Shown one piece after another: positions 7,826 to 12,768 of a DNA stretch of 12,768 nucleotides. The notes under the pieces were generated by a model. That model worked only from the letters and a program-made list of their open reading frames with translations, ran no database searches and was not told the origin of the DNA. Made by a program: the position numbers and the translations under genes. Source of the DNA: Elusimicrobiota bacterium (GTDB lineage Bacteria; Elusimicrobiota; Elusimicrobia; Elusimicrobiales; UBA9959); contig JBAXKK010000076.1 of the NCBI GenBank assembly GCA_037137395.1, positions 1 through 12,768 of the forward strand. Reading direction: 5' to 3'. Position 1 is the first letter of the stretch, and every line of letters starts with the position of its first letter.

Positions 7826-7862
7826 CCAGTCTCCCGGCCGCTATCCGCCGCCGCACGGGCTT

Positions 7863-8753
7863 ATGAATATACCCAAAACTCTTAAAGACAGGGTGACCTT
7901 CATCATCGGTTCCAAAAAGAACGCCGGCAAAACGGCTTTTCTTAATTACGCCCTGGAGAGCCTGCGCCCCGAGACAGAAGTGGCGTATCTTAGCGCCGGC
8001 GTGGACGGGGAAAGAACGGATGCGGTTTTCGGCCACCCGAAGCCGCAGATAAACGCCAGAAAAGGCGACCTTCTTGTCACCACGGAAACGGCCATGTCGC
8101 CCAGCGAAGCGTCCTTTGAGGTCCTTAACGTTTATCCGTCTAAAACGGCGCTTGGAAGGATGGTTCTGCTGCGGACGCTGCGCGAAGGAAGAGTGGAACT
8201 CATAGGCCCGGAAAACAACTCGCAACTCTCAGCCATATTGTCAGACCTCGAGAGACATAAAGCCGCTACCATACTGGTGGACGGGGCGGTGGACCGCATC
8301 ACGCAGGCGGCCTCTCATAAAAAAGCCAACCTGGTTTATGTGGCGAAAGTGGAGCAGGAGAACCTGCAATCCGAGCTCGACGGCATAAAGCTTGTTTACG
8401 CCGCCTCCAAAGCCCTGAAGTATTCCAATTGCGAACAGCTCTTCTCGGACCAGGGCCCGGTAATACTGCGCCAGGGCGACATAGCGCTTATAAGGGGCGC
8501 GGTGACAAAAAGCAAGCTGGAGGGGCTGTTAAAGACCGATAAGACGCTGATCTTTGAAGATCTGACCAAGCTTTTCATCACTTACTCCGACTGGGCCGGG
8601 CTTGAGAAAAGCCACGCCATATATTTTGCCAGAAAGCTTGAGTTATCAGCGTTTATCATCAATTTGTATAATGTGTCAAAGGACGATTTTCTGCGGAAAA
8701 TTGACAACCCGGGCCTTGCCGGAAAAATTCTTTTCAACCCGTACATTTCATGA
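7863..8753 (+). CDS. kamB: KamB-like P-loop protein, putative subunit of the lysine 5,6-aminomutase reactivating factor
   Basis: IIGSKKNAGKT P-loop, G.DGE..D and DGAVDR motifs. Located between kamA and the MutS-like gene, as in the known kamABCDE order. Confidence 0.78.
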   Translation: MNIPKTLKDRVTFIIGSKKNAGKTAFLNYALESLRPETEVAYLSAGVDGERTDAVFGHPKPQINARKGDLLVTTETAMSPSEASFEVLNVYPSKTALGRMVLLRTLREGRVELIGPENNSQLSAILSDLERHKAATILVDGAVDRITQAASHKKANLVYVAKVEQENLQSELDGIKLVYAASKALKYSNCEQLFSDQGPVILRQGDIALIRGAVTKSKLEGLLKTDKTLIFEDLTKLFITYSDWAGLEKSHAIYFARKLELSAFIINLYNVSKDDFLRKIDNPGLAGKILFNPYIS

Positions 8754-8760
8754 CCCTGAT

Positions 8761-10401
8761 ATGGATAAAGCTTTCGTCTTCGCGGAATTAGACAATTTTT
8801 ACGCCTTTTACCGCCCGCTTACTCCCTATGGCAGGCTGGCCCGCGCGGCGCTGCGCTTCTATGACGCGGCCGACGCGCTGAACCGCGAATATGACCTGAC
8901 AGAACGCTTCATCGCTTTCATAAAGAAAAGCCGCTTCCAGACCGATCGCCTGGAGTTTCACCTGAAGAGTATGCCTGCCATGCCGGGAGACCTGCCCCAG
9001 ACGCTCAGCGCGGCCGATATTTTCATAATAAAGAATTTTCTCTCCAACACCAAAGCAGTGTTCGCGGCCCTGCCTTTGGAGATAAAAAAGCCGCTCGCGG
9101 CGGCCTGGCGCTCCGAGGAGCTCCTGAAGGCGCTCAGCCTGGGCGGGGCGGGGGAAACTTTTCACCTGTCCGACGCCTACGCGCCGGAACTCAAAGCGGC
9201 GCGCGAAAAGCTCTCGGCCGCCGGCGCGGAACTCGCGCGCATGAGGGACGAAAAGCTGAAGGCCATTTTAAAAAATTGCGATCTGGATTTCACCAAGCGG
9301 GAATTTCTGGTAGTGGATGAAGCCCGCGCGCACAAAATTTACGGCTCACCTGATCTGTTTTTCGAGGGCTACGACGCCGTAAATGTCATCGCCAGGCCTG
9401 TTTTCGGGCCCGCCTACCTTGAGCTTACGGCCGCCAAAGAAAAGCTTCACTCCGAAGAGCGCGCCGAAGAGCAGAAAATACTTAAAGAGCTCTCAGCCTT
9501 GATCAGAAAAGAAAAAACCGTCATATCGGAATACCTTGAAGCGGTTGAGCGCGCTGACGTCCTTCTGGCTAAAGCCCGCCTGGCACTGGAATACTCAATG
9601 ACCCGGCCCAAGCTGCGTAAATTTCCGGCTCCGCCGGCGCTGAGAAAGGCAAGGTTTATTCCTTTAGAGACTAAGCTTAAGACTTTAAAATTAAAATACA
9701 CACCGCTGACTTTTAAGTTTTCCAGGCGCGTAAACATCCTTCACGGCTCAAATATGGGGGGCAAGACCGTGGCGCTGAAAACTCTGGCTTTCGCGCAGCT
9801 GCTGGCGCAAACCGGCTTTTTCGTGCCGGCCGAGGCTTATGAAACCTGCTTATATGACCGCATCCATGTCGTAGGCGACGAGGAGAGCGGACGGGCCGAA
9901 GGCCTCAGCAGTTTCGGTCTTGAGATGAACGCCTTCGCGCAGGCCTACGCCGACACCGGCAGGCATTGCCTGGTGCTCATGGATGAATTCGCGAAGACCA
10001 CCAATTCCGACGAGGCCGCCGCGCTGCTTTCCGCCATAAGCGAGGATTTCTGCGGCAATGAAAAAGTTCTGGCCTTTATCTCCACTCATTTTTCGCGGCT
10101 TTCGCCGCAGAAGAACGCGTCTTTTCTGAGGATGAAGGGCTTTGACAACGCGGCCTTCAGCGCCTACTTCAGCGGCAAGACTCCCATGGAACTTACCGAA
10201 AAGCTTAAAATGCTCAATAAATTCATGGATTATGAGATAACAACCAATACCGGCGCGGGCGGAATACACGACGCCATAAAGATAGCCCGGATACTCGGAG
10301 TAAGCGGCCGCATCATCGAACACGCCCAGAAATTCATGACCGCGGCCGGAAAAGCGAAGGCCTCTCCGGAAGCGAATGCCCCCAAGGAGCAACCTCAATG
10401 A
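8761..10401 (+). CDS. kamC: KamC-like MutS-family ATPase, putative reactivating factor subunit, ~546 aa
   Basis: MutS domain V motifs: GSNMGGKT (Walker A), LLAQTGFFVPA, GLSSF..EM, LVLMDE (Walker B) and STH. No recognisable mismatch-binding N-terminus. Start placed at ATG 8761, 7 nt after the kamB stop. Stop overlaps the kamD start (ATGA). Confidence 0.82.
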   Translation: MDKAFVFAELDNFYAFYRPLTPYGRLARAALRFYDAADALNREYDLTERFIAFIKKSRFQTDRLEFHLKSMPAMPGDLPQTLSAADIFIIKNFLSNTKAVFAALPLEIKKPLAAAWRSEELLKALSLGGAGETFHLSDAYAPELKAAREKLSAAGAELARMRDEKLKAILKNCDLDFTKREFLVVDEARAHKIYGSPDLFFEGYDAVNVIARPVFGPAYLELTAAKEKLHSEERAEEQKILKELSALIRKEKTVISEYLEAVERADVLLAKARLALEYSMTRPKLRKFPAPPALRKARFIPLETKLKTLKLKYTPLTFKFSRRVNILHGSNMGGKTVALKTLAFAQLLAQTGFFVPAEAYETCLYDRIHVVGDEESGRAEGLSSFGLEMNAFAQAYADTGRHCLVLMDEFAKTTNSDEAAALLSAISEDFCGNEKVLAFISTHFSRLSPQKNASFLRMKGFDNAAFSAYFSGKTPMELTEKLKMLNKFMDYEITTNTGAGGIHDAIKIARILGVSGRIIEHAQKFMTAAGKAKASPEANAPKEQPQ

Positions 10402-11972
10402 CCGCCAGATCCAAACTCGGGCTTTCAAAAAATAAGATCGCTAAAGCCCGCGGGCTGGCCCGCGAAGTAACCGGCCCTGTTCAGGATTTCATAAACACCC
10501 ACACCACGGTCACGATAGAGCGCGCCACCCTGCGCCTTCTGGGCGCGGACGGCGCCAACTTAGACGGCGTACCGGTACCGAATCTCGCGGCTGAGCATTG
10601 CAGAGAGACACTATCGGGCGGCGCGGCGAAGTATTATATAAACGCCCTGGAAAAACTTTCAAAATCCCCTGAAGAACTCAACAAGGAGATAGCCGCCGGC
10701 CTCGATATCTCCAAAATAGAATTCACCGATGAGGAAAGGATACACAGAAAAGCCGCCGCGCTGATCGCCGGCCTCGATAAGCGCATTGCCGCCAACGTGG
10801 CGCACAGGGACCGAAAATTAAAAGAAGGCGCGGATAAAATTAAATCTCCGCTGATCTATGTCATTGTGGCCACCGGCAACATCCATGAGGATGTCAAACA
10901 GGCCCGTGCGGCCGCGGGCCAGGGCGCCGACATCATCGCGGTTATACGCACCACCGGCCAGAGCCTTCTGGATTACGTGCCCTACGGCGCGACCACCGAG
11001 GGTTTCGGCGGAACCTACGCCACACAGGAGAACTTCCGTATCATGCGCGCGGCCCTGGACGAAGCCGGGGCGAAAGAAAAGCGCTACATCCGACTGGTAA
11101 ACTATTGCTCCGGGCTGTGCATGCCGGAGATAGACGCCATGGGCGCCATGGAGCGGCTGGACATGATGCTGAATGATTCCATGTACGGCATCCTGTTCCG
11201 CGATATCAATATGTATCGCACGTTCACCGACCAGTTCTTCTCCCGGATGATAAACACCGCGGCTGACATCATCATCAACACGGGCGAGGACAATTATCTG
11301 ACCACCTCCGATGCCATCGAAAAGGCGCACACGGTGCTGGCGTCCCAGCTTATTAACGAGCAGTTCGCCAAAAGCGCCGGCATGCCGGAGCGGCTGATGG
11401 GTCTCGGCCACGCCTTTGAGATAAACCCTGACACCAAAAACGGCTTTTTATACGAATACGCCCAGGCGCTCATGGCCAGAGAGATCTTTCCGAATCACCC
11501 TCTCAAATATATGCCTCCTACGAAGTTTATGACTGGAAACATCTTCAAAGGCTATGCCATGAACACGCTGTTTAACTTTATCAGCAAAGCCACTAACCAA
11601 TCTATCGCTCTTCTGGGCATGCTGACCGAGGCCATCCACACGCCTTACCTGCAGGACCGGGCACTGGCCATAGAAAACGCCGTCTATGTTCACAACAATC
11701 TCGCCGACTTCTTCAGCGAGGTTGAGTTCAAGAAAAACGGCATCATGGTCAAACGCGCCAAGGCTGTGCTGGACGAGACTATCCTGATGCTGGCTGATGT
11801 CAGGAAAAGAGACCTTTTTGAAGCCATAGAGACAGGAATGTTCGCCGACATCAAGCGTCCCCGCAACGGCGGAAAGGGCTTTGACGGCGTCTTTGAGAAA
11901 GCAAAGGATTATTACAACCCCGTGGAGGAGTATTTGAAGAAAAAGCTCAATATCGTAAAGCGCAAAGCGTAA
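10398..11972 (+). CDS. kamD: Lysine 5,6-aminomutase alpha subunit
   Basis: HTTVTIER, YVIVATGNI, IAVIRTTGQSLLDYVPYGATTEGFGGTYATQENF, NYCSGLCMPE, NTGEDNY, GLGHAFE and KYMPPTKFMTG motifs. AAGGAG SD. Confidence 0.96.
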   Translation: MTARSKLGLSKNKIAKARGLAREVTGPVQDFINTHTTVTIERATLRLLGADGANLDGVPVPNLAAEHCRETLSGGAAKYYINALEKLSKSPEELNKEIAAGLDISKIEFTDEERIHRKAAALIAGLDKRIAANVAHRDRKLKEGADKIKSPLIYVIVATGNIHEDVKQARAAAGQGADIIAVIRTTGQSLLDYVPYGATTEGFGGTYATQENFRIMRAALDEAGAKEKRYIRLVNYCSGLCMPEIDAMGAMERLDMMLNDSMYGILFRDINMYRTFTDQFFSRMINTAADIIINTGEDNYLTTSDAIEKAHTVLASQLINEQFAKSAGMPERLMGLGHAFEINPDTKNGFLYEYAQALMAREIFPNHPLKYMPPTKFMTGNIFKGYAMNTLFNFISKATNQSIALLGMLTEAIHTPYLQDRALAIENAVYVHNNLADFFSEVEFKKNGIMVKRAKAVLDETILMLADVRKRDLFEAIETGMFADIKRPRNGGKGFDGVFEKAKDYYNPVEEYLKKKLNIVKRKA

Positions 11973-11988
11973 AGCGGGAAGAGTTAAG
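11954..11988 (+). repeat. Left arm: 7-nt tandem repeat (CGNRAAG x4 plus AGTTAAG), overlapping the kamD 3' end and stop
   Basis: CGTAAAG CGCAAAG CGTAAAG CGGGAAG AGTTAAG. The kamD TAA at 11970-11972 lies inside unit 3. Confidence 0.85.
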
Positions 11989-12002
11989 CGGGGGAGAAAG
12001 AT

Positions 12003-12350
12003 ATGAGACCGCACGAAAAACTTGATGTTTGGAAAAAATCCATAGAACTTTCGGAAAAGATTTATGCCGCAACCAAAGGATTTCCGAAAGAAGAACTCTA
12101 TGGGCTTTCTTCGCAAATGCGCAGAGCGGTCATCTCAGTAGCTGCCAACATAGCGGAAGGCGCGGCACGACAGACTAAAACAGAACTAAGGCAATTTCTT
12201 TTCATAGCCAGAGGCTCTTTAAGCGAACTGGAAACCGAACTTCAAATATCCTTAAGACTTGGATATATACAAACGGATGCGTTGCGGGTTATTGATAGCC
12301 TTTGCGCCGATGTGGGAGCAATGCTGACTGCTTTTATTAAAAAGCTATAA
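12003..12350 (+). CDS. Four-helix-bundle protein (TIGR02436 / 23S rRNA intervening-sequence protein family), 115 aa
   Basis: L.VWKKS, FPKEELYGLSSQMRRAVISVAANIAEG, F..IARGSLSELET motifs typical of the family. GGGGAG SD. About 43% GC by hand count. Confidence 0.92.
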   Translation: MRPHEKLDVWKKSIELSEKIYAATKGFPKEELYGLSSQMRRAVISVAANIAEGAARQTKTELRQFLFIARGSLSELETELQISLRLGYIQTDALRVIDSLCADVGAMLTAFIKKL

Positions 12351-12380
12351 CTCTTTACGCTTTCCGCTTTACGTTTTACG
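12348..12380 (-). repeat. Right arm: inverted 7-nt tandem repeat complementary to 11954-11986
   Basis: TAACT CTTTACG CTTTCCG CTTTACG TTTTACG. Its reverse complement, CGTAAAA CGTAAAG CGGAAAG CGTAAAG AGTTA, matches the left arm at 28 of 33 positions. Confidence 0.85.
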
Positions 12381-12395
12381 GCAAACAGGAGAACC

Positions 12396-12768
12396 ATGTT
12401 CATTAAACCTTACGGCGATACTCTGGACGACGGCGCGGTGCAGCTTTCCTTCACTCTGCCAATACCCTGCGGCGGCAAAGCCAAAGAAGCGGCGAAACTC
12501 TATGTGCAGAAACTCGGCTTTAAACGCGCCGAGATCGTCCACGCCTCAGCTCTGTCTGATGATTTCACCTTCTTTGTGGCCTACGGAAAAACCGACGTCT
12601 CCATCGACTACGACAAAGTGGAATACGCCGAGGCCGTGGATAAGTTCATGACCATGGACGAGATCAACGCCTTTATAAAAACGACCTTTAAGCGCAAGCT
12701 CGTTATAGTCGGGGCCTGCACCGGTTCCGACGCCCACACCGTGGGCATAGACGCCATCATGAACATGA
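12396..12768 (+). CDS. kamE: Lysine 5,6-aminomutase beta (AdoCbl-binding) subunit, 5' part, truncated by window end (not in the supplied ORF track)
   Basis: Hand translation: MFIKPYGDTLDDGAVQLSFTLP...FTFFVAYG...IVGACTGSDAHTVGIDAIMNM, with the DxHxxG cobalamin motif. AGGAG SD at 12387-12391. Confidence 0.95.
   Translation, partial: MFIKPYGDTLDDGAVQLSFTLPIPCGGKAKEAAKLYVQKLGFKRAEIVHASALSDDFTFFVAYGKTDVSIDYDKVEYAEAVDKFMTMDEINAFIKTTFKRKLVIVGACTGSDAHTVGIDAIMNM

Noticed and set aside
8602..8760. N-terminal extension of kamC, or a programmed kamB-kamC frameshift fusion
   Set aside because: The extension overlaps kamB by ~150 nt from a TTG. Fusion would need a +1 shift with no clear signal. ATG 8761 just after the kamB stop is simpler.
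8761..10401. DNA mismatch repair MutS or MutS2
   Set aside because: Too short, with no recognisable mismatch-binding or Smr domain; its position in kamABCDE indicates KamC.
4251..12350. Diversity-generating retroelement (Avd-like four-helix protein plus duplicated sequence as TR/VR)
   Set aside because: No reverse transcriptase in the window. The kdd copies are full-length genes with synonymous and non-adenine-specific differences.
11954..12380. Classical IS element or MITE
   Set aside because: The ORF is not a transposase, no target-site duplication flanks the arms, and the arms are tandem heptamers rather than typical terminal inverted repeats. Kept as an IVS-like cassette finding instead.
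84..12737. Many overlapping alternative-frame and antisense ORFs (e.g. 84-569, 4626-5240, 6437-6619, 10818-11411, 11448-12116, 12546-12737)
   Set aside because: Shadow ORFs of well-supported genes with no recognisable motifs. Similar antisense ORFs over both kdd copies just reflect the duplication.

Overview
A bacterial anaerobic L-lysine fermentation operon on the + strand: CoA-transferase A/B (atoD/atoA-like), kce, two tandem kdd paralogs, kamA, kamB, kamC (MutS-like ATPase), kamD and the 5' part of kamE (truncated by the window end). It is transcribed divergently from an Mrp/NBP35 (ApbC) Fe-S carrier gene and a Cys-rich secreted hypothetical protein. Three things go beyond the textbook pathway. 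(1) A lower-GC four-helix-bundle (TIGR02436/23S-IVS-protein-like) gene sits between kamD and kamE, bracketed by inverted arrays of 7-nt repeats that can form a ~33-bp stem looping out the whole ORF, like an intervening sequence in an mRNA. (2) Degenerate 8-nt tandem repeats occur at two other intergenic junctions. (3) The two Kdd copies differ most at the NAD/NADP-discriminating loop. No kal gene is seen in the window. Product calls come from recognised motifs and gene order, not database searches; identity and GC values are hand counts.
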